Shown here piece after piece: positions 52,683 to 59,998 of a DNA stretch of 60,216 bases. Numbering within the stretch: the first letter of the stretch is position 1; each line of letters begins with the position of its first letter. The translations under genes and the position numbers were made by a program. The notes beneath the pieces were generated by a model that had not been told where the DNA came from, made no database searches, and saw only the letters and a list, made by a program, of their open reading frames with translations. The stretch is from Nitrososphaerota archaeon (lineage in GTDB: Archaea; Thermoproteota; Nitrososphaeria_A; Caldarchaeales; Caldarchaeaceae), in contig JAWAEB010000001.1 in assembly GCA_038891515.1 (NCBI GenBank), forward strand, positions 1-60,216, in the 5' to 3' direction.

Positions 52683-54056
52683 TTACGTCCAGGGTATGGG
52701 GTAGATGTGGTCTCCGCTCCTTATCTCCGGCGGCCAGAGAACTCTGAACTTCCCATCCACAATCTGGACTGGAAATGCCCTGATTAGGCCGACGTTGGTG
52801 AACGGCCCGAAGTCCCTACCCAGCTGGGTTGGGCCGCTTATCGTCATGATGTATGTCGTGTCCAGCGCCTCCAGCAAGTCCTCAGTCTTCAGGCTCTTAG
52901 CCTTCTCGATGGCTGCAGACACAACTTCTAGCGCTTGCCATGTTACGGAGGCCCATGGGTACAGGTCGTTCACAAGACCAGCCCTCTCCATAGCCTCTAT
53001 CCAGAATTCACGTCCAAAATAGCCGTCATAGGTGATGCCCTCAGTCCAGAACCACTCACCAGTGAAGTAGTTGGCATTATTGACCCCAACAGTATCTAGG
53101 AATATGTTAGTCAGCTGAGGGACGTGATACTCCCTAGGTCGTAGTCCCTGCTCAAGGGCCTGCTTCACGAACGCCGCAGCACCTGGGTTAAGCCCTGCCA
53201 CGAACACGATATCCGGATCTGCAGCCTTAAGCCTTAGAATAATGGCTGTGAAGTCTGTTGTACCGACTGGGAACTTCTCCTCAGCCACTATCTGGAGCCC
53301 TATCTCTTGGGCTTTGGGCTTGGCGCCAGCCATCAAACCATTGGCGTAAGCCTCGTCCTGGATGACGAACGCTATAGTCCGTGCCTTTCCCTCAGCCTTG
53401 ATCATCTCAAAGTAGGAGTATGACCATGTGCTTATCAGGTCTATGGCTGAGAAGATATTCTTCAGACCTCTATTGTATATCGGAGGTGCACCGGCCTGAG
53501 TGGTCACTATCGGCGTGCCGTATCTCGCTACAACATCGATGACTGGAAGAGTAACGGGCGTGCTGTATGGTCCCAGAAGTATATCCGCCTTATCCTCGGT
53601 TATCAGCTTCTCATAGAGTCTGGCGGCTGTCTCTCCTTTGCTCTCGTCATCGTATATTATGACCTTCACAGGTAGCCTCATACCATACTCCTTCACATAC
53701 AGGCCACCCCGCTCATTCACCATATCCTGCCACGCCAGATAGAGCTTCTCAAAAGGTCCTGCTATAGGGCTGAACGGGCCTGTCTTCGGCAGAGTAGCGC
53801 CTATTATGATGGTCCTTGGAGGTATTGGCTGCTGGGTTACAGTCTGGGTTACAGTGGCAGTTACTGTCACGGCTTGACCGCCTCCAACTGTGGTGGTGGT
53901 TGTGGAAGTCACGGTTGATGTGAGGACCTGCGTTGCGGTGGATGTTATTGTTACTGTCTGCTGTGTTGGTATTGATGCTGTAGATGCGAAATAACCTCCC
54001 AAAACTCCTATGATGAGAGCTATAACTATTCCAACCGCTGTTAATGCTTTTACCAT
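52683..54056 (-). CDS. Leu/Ile/Val-type (PBP type 1) substrate-binding protein with N-terminal TM anchor and Thr/Val-rich linker
   Basis: 457 aa. TM anchor ALTAVGIVIALIIGVLGGYFA is followed by TVTITSTATQVLTSTVTSTTTTTVGGGQAVTVTATVTQTVTQQP. A LivK/LivJ-like fold follows (IIGATLPKTGPFSPIAGP...). Confidence 0.8.
   Translation of the reverse strand: MVKALTAVGIVIALIIGVLGGYFASTASIPTQQTVTITSTATQVLTSTVTSTTTTTVGGGQAVTVTATVTQTVTQQPIPPRTIIIGATLPKTGPFSPIAGPFEKLYLAWQDMVNERGGLYVKEYGMRLPVKVIIYDDESKGETAARLYEKLITEDKADILLGPYSTPVTLPVIDVVARYGTPIVTTQAGAPPIYNRGLKNIFSAIDLISTWSYSYFEMIKAEGKARTIAFVIQDEAYANGLMAGAKPKAQEIGLQIVAEEKFPVGTTDFTAIILRLKAADPDIVFVAGLNPGAAAFVKQALEQGLRPREYHVPQLTNIFLDTVGVNNANYFTGEWFWTEGITYDGYFGREFWIEAMERAGLVNDLYPWASVTWQALEVVSAAIEKAKSLKTEDLLEALDTTYIMTISGPTQLGRDFGPFTNVGLIRAFPVQIVDGKFRVLWPPEIRSGDHIYPIPWT
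53832..53855. repeat. 12-nt tandem duplication inside the Thr-rich linker codons
   Basis: ctgggttacagt occurs twice (53832-53843 and 53844-53855), encoding TVTQTVTQ on the minus strand. Confidence 0.8.
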
Positions 54057-54099
54057 GTCTTGTCCAACCTCTTCAGAGGTATATAAACATTCGCAAAAA

Positions 54100-55098
54100 T
54101 CACGAGCCCAATCGGAATAGTTTGGCGGCGTTGCGTTGGAGCATCATCCCCTTCTCCTCCTCCGGCACATCCATGTTCCTGATGGATTCCATGCACTTGG
54201 TGAAGTGGCCTATGGGTGATGGGTGGTTGCTTCCCAGCATTATATGGTGAGGACCTACATTGCGGTATAGGTAGTCCATGGCAGTGGGGTGGGCTGCTGC
54301 ACCATTCTCATAATACATCATCCTAAGATAATACATGGGCTCGTGGGCCAGCTTCCTCCTCAGCTCATCGAAGGATTCGTAGAACCTCACCATCCTTCCT
54401 GCCACAAATGGTAGTGCACCACCCAAGTCCGCCAACAGTATCTTGAGCTGGGGCAGTCTATCCAGCAGGCCGCCCACTATGAGGTCGGCCACAACTAGTG
54501 TCGTCTCTGCAGGGTATCCCACCATGAGCCCTGTGAGGTTATGCCTCATCACCTCTGAGCCTGGTGGGAGTGCCGGATGTATGAAGACAGGTATCCCAAG
54601 CTTGGAGGCCGTCTCGAAGATGGGGAAGTGTCTAGTCACCGATATGGCCTCCTCACCATTAACCCTCGTAGGAACTATAACACCCCTCAACCCTAGATCA
54701 GCCACACAACGCCTAATCTCATCCACCGCCGCATCCACATCGTTCATCGGCACGGTAGCCATACCCTCCAACCTACCAGGAAACTTCTCACACGCCTTGG
54801 CTATGTCATCATTTACCATCTGTGCGAGCTTGATGGATTGTGGTGGCGGTAGGAAATCAACCCAAGGCTCCGACAGGGACATCACCTGCGTCTCCAGCCC
54901 ACCCTCATCCAACTCGGACACCCTGGCCTCTGGATTGTTGGTGGCCTTGGTGCATCTGAAGACATAGCCACGCAAACTCCTGATGACAGGCGTCCCGTCC
55001 TGTGTATGTACGATCTCCCAACCATACTTACCGCCATGGTCCGCCAGCAACTTTAGGTATGTAGATGGATACCAGTGATTGTGGACATCTATGGGCAT
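54100..55098 (-). CDS. amidohydrolase-2 family metal-dependent hydrolase/decarboxylase (ACMSD / gamma-resorcylate decarboxylase / LigW group)
   Basis: 332 aa. MPIDVHNHWYP is the N-terminal metal-binding HxH. IFIHPALPP and LGSNHP segments also fit the family. Confidence 0.75.
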   Translation of the reverse strand: MPIDVHNHWYPSTYLKLLADHGGKYGWEIVHTQDGTPVIRSLRGYVFRCTKATNNPEARVSELDEGGLETQVMSLSEPWVDFLPPPQSIKLAQMVNDDIAKACEKFPGRLEGMATVPMNDVDAAVDEIRRCVADLGLRGVIVPTRVNGEEAISVTRHFPIFETASKLGIPVFIHPALPPGSEVMRHNLTGLMVGYPAETTLVVADLIVGGLLDRLPQLKILLADLGGALPFVAGRMVRFYESFDELRRKLAHEPMYYLRMMYYENGAAAHPTAMDYLYRNVGPHHIMLGSNHPSPIGHFTKCMESIRNMDVPEEEKGMMLQRNAAKLFRLGS

Positions 55099-55174
55099 AG
55101 GGATGCAGCAGGACCAGATTATTTAAAGGTTTGAGATGTGGAAGCCTTAAAACCCTGGGTACTCGCGGCTTCAC

Positions 55175-56191
55175 ATGGGCCGTTTGGGGCTTAGCTATGT
55201 GACTCACGCCGGCCCGACCAAGTCAAGCGAGATCGTGGAGGCCGCGGTCTACGCAGAGAGATATGGCTATCACTCGGTCTGGGTTCCTGAGCTATACTAT
55301 GACCGGGAGTGTCATACATTACTCGGTGCGATAGCGGCTCAGACGAAGCGGATCAGGCTGGCCACATCTGTTGTCAACCCCGTCACAAGGTGTCCTAGCC
55401 TGATAGCTATGGGCATAGCTACTCTTGACGAGATATCCGGAGGCAGGGCTGTCCTCGGACTGGGCTCAGGTGGAAGGATCGGCGCTGCGGTGCATGGGAT
55501 ACCTCTGGAGCATAAGGGGGTGGAGCAGGGAAGCCCTGTGAGGAGGCTCCGTGAATGTATAGAGCTGGTCCGGAGACTTCTCGGGGGTGAGAGGGTTAGG
55601 TATGTTGGTGAGTTCTATAGGTTGGATGATGTGGCGCTGGAGTTCAAGCCCGTGAGGAGGAATATACCCATCTACCTAGGACAGCAGGGTCCCATGATGA
55701 TGCGTCTCACGGGACAGGTGGCTGACGGCGTCATCCTAACACTGGTGTGCTCTGAGAGTTATATCAGACAAGCCATAAGCCAGATAGCTGACGGCGCTAG
55801 AGGAGCTGGACGAAATCCAAGGGAATTAGACATTACAGCTAGGATAGTGGTATCCATGTCGTATGATGGGAGACGGGGTAGACAGGAGGCAAAAGGGATT
55901 GTGGGTAAAGTCCTAGTACATCCAGGCTCGATTCCTGTGGTGGAGGCCAGTGGGATAGACTTGGAGGAGGTGACGCCCCTGAGGGAGGCTGTTGCGAGAA
56001 ATGATGTGGCGGCCCTTGCGAAGCTGGTAAAGGATGAGTGGGTGGATATGCTGACCGCCTCGGGCACACCTACGGAATGTAGGGATAGGCTGGACGAATA
56101 TCGGAGGGCTGGTGTGAAGATGCCTCTAATAGTCCCCATTGGCAGGAATTACCTGGAAGTTATCAGGGAGATGGCTAGGGATAGGCGCTAG
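55175..56191 (+). CDS. LLM-class F420/flavin-dependent oxidoreductase, paralogue 2
   Basis: 338 aa. AERYGYHSVWVPE, RAVLGLGSG and YRRAGVKMPLIV form the luciferase-like monooxygenase/Mer-like pattern. Confidence 0.75.
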   Translation: MGRLGLSYVTHAGPTKSSEIVEAAVYAERYGYHSVWVPELYYDRECHTLLGAIAAQTKRIRLATSVVNPVTRCPSLIAMGIATLDEISGGRAVLGLGSGGRIGAAVHGIPLEHKGVEQGSPVRRLRECIELVRRLLGGERVRYVGEFYRLDDVALEFKPVRRNIPIYLGQQGPMMMRLTGQVADGVILTLVCSESYIRQAISQIADGARGAGRNPRELDITARIVVSMSYDGRRGRQEAKGIVGKVLVHPGSIPVVEASGIDLEEVTPLREAVARNDVAALAKLVKDEWVDMLTASGTPTECRDRLDEYRRAGVKMPLIVPIGRNYLEVIREMARDRR

Positions 56192-56236
56192 TGACGCTAA
56201 AATTTTAAATATGCGGCATCGCGCTGAGGACCGCAT

Positions 56237-57019
56237 ATGGTGAAGTTATACATCATAGATGGCGGAACATTCACACAGGACCAGTCGATAGCCACTTTCG
56301 CCATAGGCGCCGGTCAGCCGATGACATCACAGGTATACTCGGTCTATGTGGATCATCCGGAGGCCAAGATTGTTATAGAGACTGGTATGGACCCGGAGAT
56401 ATGGCCTCCACTATTGAGGCAGATACTCGTGCCGAGCCAGAAGCCCGAGCAGAGACTGGACAACTCCCTCAAAAGACTAGGCGTGAAGCCTGAGGACATC
56501 GACATAGTCATCAACACCCATCTCCACGCAGACCACTGCAGCTTCAACAGACTCTTCAAAAATGCGACGTGGCTTATCCAGCGTGAGGAGCTGAGGCAGG
56601 CGTATGTTCCGGAGGTCCATGAGATAACTTACTTCCGGGGATGTTTTGACGTAGGCCTTGAGACCCAGCTTCTAGATGGAGACTATGAGGTGGTGAAGGG
56701 GGTTAGCATACTTGACACGAGAGGCCACACCGCAGGGCATCAGTCGATAGCCATAGAGACCGAGAAGTCAGGCGTCTTCCTCATAACGGGGGATGCAAGC
56801 ATGACGCGGGAGAACTTCTACGGCTCTGAGAGGACAAGCCCTCATGGGTGGCCATGCGCGCCCCTCATAGATGCTAGGCAGTACATGAGGTCTCTTGAGA
56901 AGATGAAGAGGTTTGTAAGGGAGACCGAGGCCAAGACACTGAAGACATGTAACATAGTGTTTGGCCACGACCATGCTGAATTCCAAAAACTGAAGTTAGC
57001 ACCTCTATACTATGAGTAA
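56237..57019 (+). CDS. MBL-fold metallo-hydrolase (lactonase-like)
   Basis: 260 aa. VINTHLHADHCS (HxHxDH), GHTAGHQS and FGHD. Confidence 0.75.
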   Translation: MVKLYIIDGGTFTQDQSIATFAIGAGQPMTSQVYSVYVDHPEAKIVIETGMDPEIWPPLLRQILVPSQKPEQRLDNSLKRLGVKPEDIDIVINTHLHADHCSFNRLFKNATWLIQREELRQAYVPEVHEITYFRGCFDVGLETQLLDGDYEVVKGVSILDTRGHTAGHQSIAIETEKSGVFLITGDASMTRENFYGSERTSPHGWPCAPLIDARQYMRSLEKMKRFVRETEAKTLKTCNIVFGHDHAEFQKLKLAPLYYE

Positions 57020-57709
57020 CAGCTCGGAGAGAGACCCTATCACGAGGTCGGCGGATACATCTCCGCTGTAGCCTGACCTGCCACGCCTAGCAAGGAGAAC
57101 TGCGGTCATCCCAGCAGCCCTAGCTCCAGCCACATCATTCCTAGGATGGTCGCCCACCATGGCACAGTCACGGGGGCTAACATTCAGCATCTCGGCCGCC
57201 TTGAGAAACGGTTGGAGACTCGGTTTCACCTCACCTACATCATCACCTGCCACAACAACCACCTCGAAAAATCTGGTGAGATCATATATCTCAAGCCTAC
57301 GCCTCTTCAGCCCGGGCTTCCCATCGGTATTGGTCACCATCCCCAGCCGGTGAGTCCGGACAAGCTTTGAGAGGGTGGGCTCCACATCGGGGAAGACGGC
57401 GGCAGTTGAATAGTGGCGCCAGTACAGCTCACTCCACCGGCTGGGGCTGTTTTCGGGCATGTCCGCTACTCCGAGCCTCTTTAACACATGGTGCCAGTAC
57501 TGGTCTCTGTCGAATCTGAGCTGCTCCTCCATCTCCCTCTCTACCTGACTGATTATCTCGGCCACATTAGCCGGCTGGACTTCAAGGTTACAATCTGCCA
57601 CAATAGCCTCAGCCGTCTTGAGGTGGGCGATCCCCACCGCCGAAGCCGAGTCTACTAGTGTGTTATCAAAGTCGAAGAGGAGGGCCTTGACACCTGCAAG
57701 TGGCTTCAT
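57005..57709 (-). CDS. HAD-superfamily hydrolase
   Basis: 234 aa. LLFDFDNTLVDS (DxDxT motif I) and MVGDHPRNDVAGARAAG (motif IV). The 3' end overlaps the MBL gene by 15 nt. Confidence 0.75.
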   Translation of the reverse strand: MKPLAGVKALLFDFDNTLVDSASAVGIAHLKTAEAIVADCNLEVQPANVAEIISQVEREMEEQLRFDRDQYWHHVLKRLGVADMPENSPSRWSELYWRHYSTAAVFPDVEPTLSKLVRTHRLGMVTNTDGKPGLKRRRLEIYDLTRFFEVVVVAGDDVGEVKPSLQPFLKAAEMLNVSPRDCAMVGDHPRNDVAGARAAGMTAVLLARRGRSGYSGDVSADLVIGSLSELLLIV

Positions 57710-57774
57710 GAGAGTGGCCCAGCCGCCCCATCATATTAACCGAAGCTGGATGTGGGGCTGTCATTTTGGGTTTT

Positions 57775-58383
57775 TCAGCCCATAAGGCCGAAGACGGAGT
57801 AGATGAGTGAGACAACGGCCAGCACCGCTATCGAAAGGATGGCGACCGCTAAAGTCTCCCTCCTGCCAGCTGTGGAATACCTGTAAGACTCCAGGGCTGG
57901 ATATGTCTTCCTCAGTATCCCAGCTAGGGCTAGGCTGATTATGCCGCCGAACGTTACTTGGAGGCTGTTAACAGCGACCAGCTCGGCGAGAGCCACCTCG
58001 AAGCCGATTACAGCCCACTCCACGGCAAAATATCCAGCAAGCATCACAGCAGCCCCACACACGACGCCAGCCAACTTATAGCCCGGCCCCCTTCCACGGC
58101 CAATGAGACCAGTCACATACCCCTCCATACCTTTGATGAAGAGTGTGAACGGTGCGAAGAACCCGAAGCCCAGAAGAATATCAGCCAAGGCCGAGCCTAT
58201 ACCACCTGCCAAAAACCCAATTCTAGCCCCGAAGACCAGACCTGAAAACATAACCAGTGCATCGCCCACGTTGAAGAAGCCGCGGGTCGGTGCGAAGGGC
58301 ACCACTATCAACATAGTAGTGGCTGCAGTGGCAGCAGCCATGACAGCGATGACGGCCGCATCCCTGCTAGTGAGAAGTGCCAT
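57775..58383 (-). CDS. ECF-transporter S-component-like vitamin/precursor uptake membrane protein (solitary)
   Basis: From ATG 58383: MALLTSRDAAVIAVMAAATAA...VPFAPTRGFFNVGDALVMFSGLVFGARIGFLAGGIGSALADILLGFGFFAPFTLFIKGMEGYVTGL matches the ECF S-component pattern (ThiW/HmpT/PdxU/RibU-like). The track ORF extends to 58572, but that extension overlaps the divergent gene and is non-hydrophobic. Confidence 0.55.
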   Translation of the reverse strand: MALLTSRDAAVIAVMAAATAATTMLIVVPFAPTRGFFNVGDALVMFSGLVFGARIGFLAGGIGSALADILLGFGFFAPFTLFIKGMEGYVTGLIGRGRGPGYKLAGVVCGAAVMLAGYFAVEWAVIGFEVALAELVAVNSLQVTFGGIISLALAGILRKTYPALESYRYSTAGRRETLAVAILSIAVLAVVSLIYSVFGLMG

Positions 58384-58404
58384 GGTGGTTGCGGTTATTG
58401 GAAG

Positions 58405-58413
58405 AATATATAA
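58405..58413. promoter_or_regulatory. central A/T box shared by the divergent ECF-S and ThrC-like/PadR genes
   Basis: The box aatatataa lies in a 52-bp intergenic region. The layout is ATATAAGC (58408-58415), c, GTAGcCTAC (58417-58425), ATATAAGC (58426-58433). The first ATATAAGC copy is about 24 nt from the plus ATG 58436 and about 28 nt from the minus ATG 58383. Confidence 0.4.
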
Positions 58414-58435
58414 GCCGTAGCCTACATATAAGCTC

Positions 58436-59839
58436 ATGCCATTCCACTGCCTTGGATGCGGAAGAGCATTTGACGAGCTGGAGAACCAGACAGCATGTGG
58501 TGGCTGCGGAGGTGTGCTGGTACACAGACCTGAGGCCTTTAGAGCTGGCGAGTTGGCGGATTCATCAGCCACCGGTGTCTGGAGATATTGGCGGCTCTTA
58601 CCCCATGTGCCGCCTCACTGGAGGATTAGCTTAGGAGAGGGTGGGACCTTTCTCCAGAGGGCTGACAGGCTTGGGGTTGGCCTGGGGTTTAGCCGAGTCT
58701 TTCTTAAGAATGAGGCCACCAACCCATCGGGTTCCTTCATCGACAGGGGCGTGGCTGTAGAGGTGTCCCACGCCACTTCGCTAGGGTTCAGAAAACTCTC
58801 ATGCTTCAGCCGTGGGAATCTTGGGGTCTCAGTATCGGCTTATGCAGCGAAGGTGGGTCTGGAGACACGTGTGTATGTGCCTCCCGCCATGGAGAGGGGC
58901 AAGCTCTACCAGCTACTCGCCTATGATGCACAAGTACACTTCACAGCAAGAATGGCTGGTGCGCTGGGCCGGAGGCTCCATAGGGAAGGGTTCTACCACA
59001 TCACATCCACAAGCCCATACTTCTTAGCCGGACTGAAGACCCTAGCTTATGAGCTGGTTGCAGAGATAAACCCAGACTACGTGGTCTTCCCAGTGGGAGA
59101 AGGGGGAAATATCACCATGTTCTGGCAGGGGTTGGGAGACCTTAGGAGGAGCGGTGCTACCGATGCTAGACCACGCCTCGTCGCGGTCCAGTCAGAAGGC
59201 TGCATGCCCATAGTCCAAGCATACAACAGTGGAAGAAGCATGCCAGAATGGAGGTCTGCCATTAAAACAATCTTCACCGACATCGCTGTCCCCAACCCAT
59301 CCCTCGGACCCTACGTCATAAAATCCCTCAGAGAGTCACATGGCCTAGCCATCTCAGTAAGCGACATAGAGATACTCCAAGCCACCAAAGACCTGGCTAG
59401 GTGGGAGGGCATCTTGGCCGAGCCTGCTGCAGCGTCGACGATTGCTGCCCTCAGGAAGATGGCTGAGGACGGTCGGCTGGGCGGGGATGAGAATGTGGTA
59501 TGCGTGGTTACAGGCTCTGGACTTAAGGAGCCATATATAGAGAGACCATCAGGAAGAGCTGAGAGGAGCATAGCCGCAAGGGCATTAACAGCCTCAAGGG
59601 TAGGTGTCACCAAGTCCCACATCCTCCAACTTCTCGCCGAGAGGCCCAGCTATGGATACGCAATAAGGAGAGACCTCGCCAGAAGATTCGGCATACAAGT
59701 ATCCACCACCTCAGTCTATCAACACCTAGCCGAGCTGGCTTACGCAGGACTTGTAACGGCCAGATCAACCACATACGCTAACAGAAGAAGAACACTATAC
59801 AGCCTAACACCTACAGGCAGACAGAAAACCACACACTGA
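58436..59839 (+). CDS. threonine-synthase-like (fold-type II PLP) protein lacking the Schiff-base lysine, fused to a C-terminal PadR-type wHTH
   Basis: 467 aa in three parts:
- Zn ribbon: CLGCG...CGGCGG.
- ThrC-like core: FLKNEATNPSGSFIDRG (Ile102, ATC 58739-58741, where NPTGSFKDRG has Lys), VFPVGEGGNITMFWQG and VVTGSGLKEP.
- C-terminal PadR-like region (about 59618-59836): ILQLLAERPSYGYAIRRDLARRFGIQVSTTSVYQHLAELAYAGLVTA...RRRTLYSLTPTGRQ. Confidence 0.8.
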   Translation: MPFHCLGCGRAFDELENQTACGGCGGVLVHRPEAFRAGELADSSATGVWRYWRLLPHVPPHWRISLGEGGTFLQRADRLGVGLGFSRVFLKNEATNPSGSFIDRGVAVEVSHATSLGFRKLSCFSRGNLGVSVSAYAAKVGLETRVYVPPAMERGKLYQLLAYDAQVHFTARMAGALGRRLHREGFYHITSTSPYFLAGLKTLAYELVAEINPDYVVFPVGEGGNITMFWQGLGDLRRSGATDARPRLVAVQSEGCMPIVQAYNSGRSMPEWRSAIKTIFTDIAVPNPSLGPYVIKSLRESHGLAISVSDIEILQATKDLARWEGILAEPAAASTIAALRKMAEDGRLGGDENVVCVVTGSGLKEPYIERPSGRAERSIAARALTASRVGVTKSHILQLLAERPSYGYAIRRDLARRFGIQVSTTSVYQHLAELAYAGLVTARSTTYANRRRTLYSLTPTGRQKTTH

Positions 59840-59865
59840 CAAAATACCACAGCCCACGAATAAAG

Positions 59866-59875
59866 TATTTATTTA
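59866..59875 (+). promoter_or_regulatory. candidate TATA box for tRNA-Thr
   Basis: tatttattta is centred about 28 nt upstream of tRNA position 1 (59898). Confidence 0.45.
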
Positions 59876-59897
59876 GAACAGAGCAACTACTAATCCA

Positions 59898-59998
59898 GCC
59901 CTGGTAGCTCAGCAGGTGGAGCGTCTAATACTGCAGAAGTATTAGCTCCAAGCCGCCTCGTAAGCGGCAGGTCGAGGGTTCAAAGCCCTCCCAGGGCT
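59898..59998 (+). tRNA. tRNA-Thr (anticodon CGU) interrupted by a 28-nt intron between positions 26 and 27; CCA not encoded
   Basis: Manual cloverleaf:
- Acceptor stem: GCCCTGG / CCAGGGC, followed by discriminator T.
- U8 A9.
- D arm: GCTC-AGCAGGTG-GAGC, then G26.
- Intron: 59924-59951.
- Anticodon arm: GCCGC-CTCGTAA-GCGGC, with anticodon CGT at 59959-59961.
- Variable loop: AGGTC.
- T arm: GAGGG-TTCAAAG-CCCTC. Confidence 0.85.
59924..59951 (+). other. tRNA intron with bulge-helix-bulge splicing motif
   Basis: - Central helix H: GGAG (59918-59921) pairs with CTCC (59946-59949).
- The 3-nt bulges CGT (59922-59924) and AAG (59950-59952) each lie 3' of their H strand.
- Inner helix: CTAATAC (59925-59931) with GTATTAG (59939-59945), loop TGCAGAA.
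- Cleavage after the second bulge nucleotide on each strand gives exactly ...GAGC-G | GCCGC...
- The outer helix is weak (relaxed HBh' form). Confidence 0.7.

Noticed and set aside
58384-58572. 63-codon N-terminal extension of the ECF-S-like ORF, including an ATG at 58437 that forms a CATG overlap with the divergent ATG at 58436.
   Set aside because: The extension is hydrophilic and Ser/Pro-rich, unlike S components. It would overlap the conserved zinc-ribbon coding region of the opposite gene and would remove all promoter space. ATG 58383 gives a typical S-component N-terminus.
38025-59998. A functional link between thrS, the ThrC-like/PadR gene and tRNA-Thr, such as a threonine-centred regulon or a T-box-like mechanism.
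   Set aside because: thrS lies about 18.6 kb away from the other two, on the opposite strand, with many unrelated genes between. The tRNA has its own TATA box. No leader structure resembling tRNA-sensing elements is visible. The co-occurrence is most simply coincidence.
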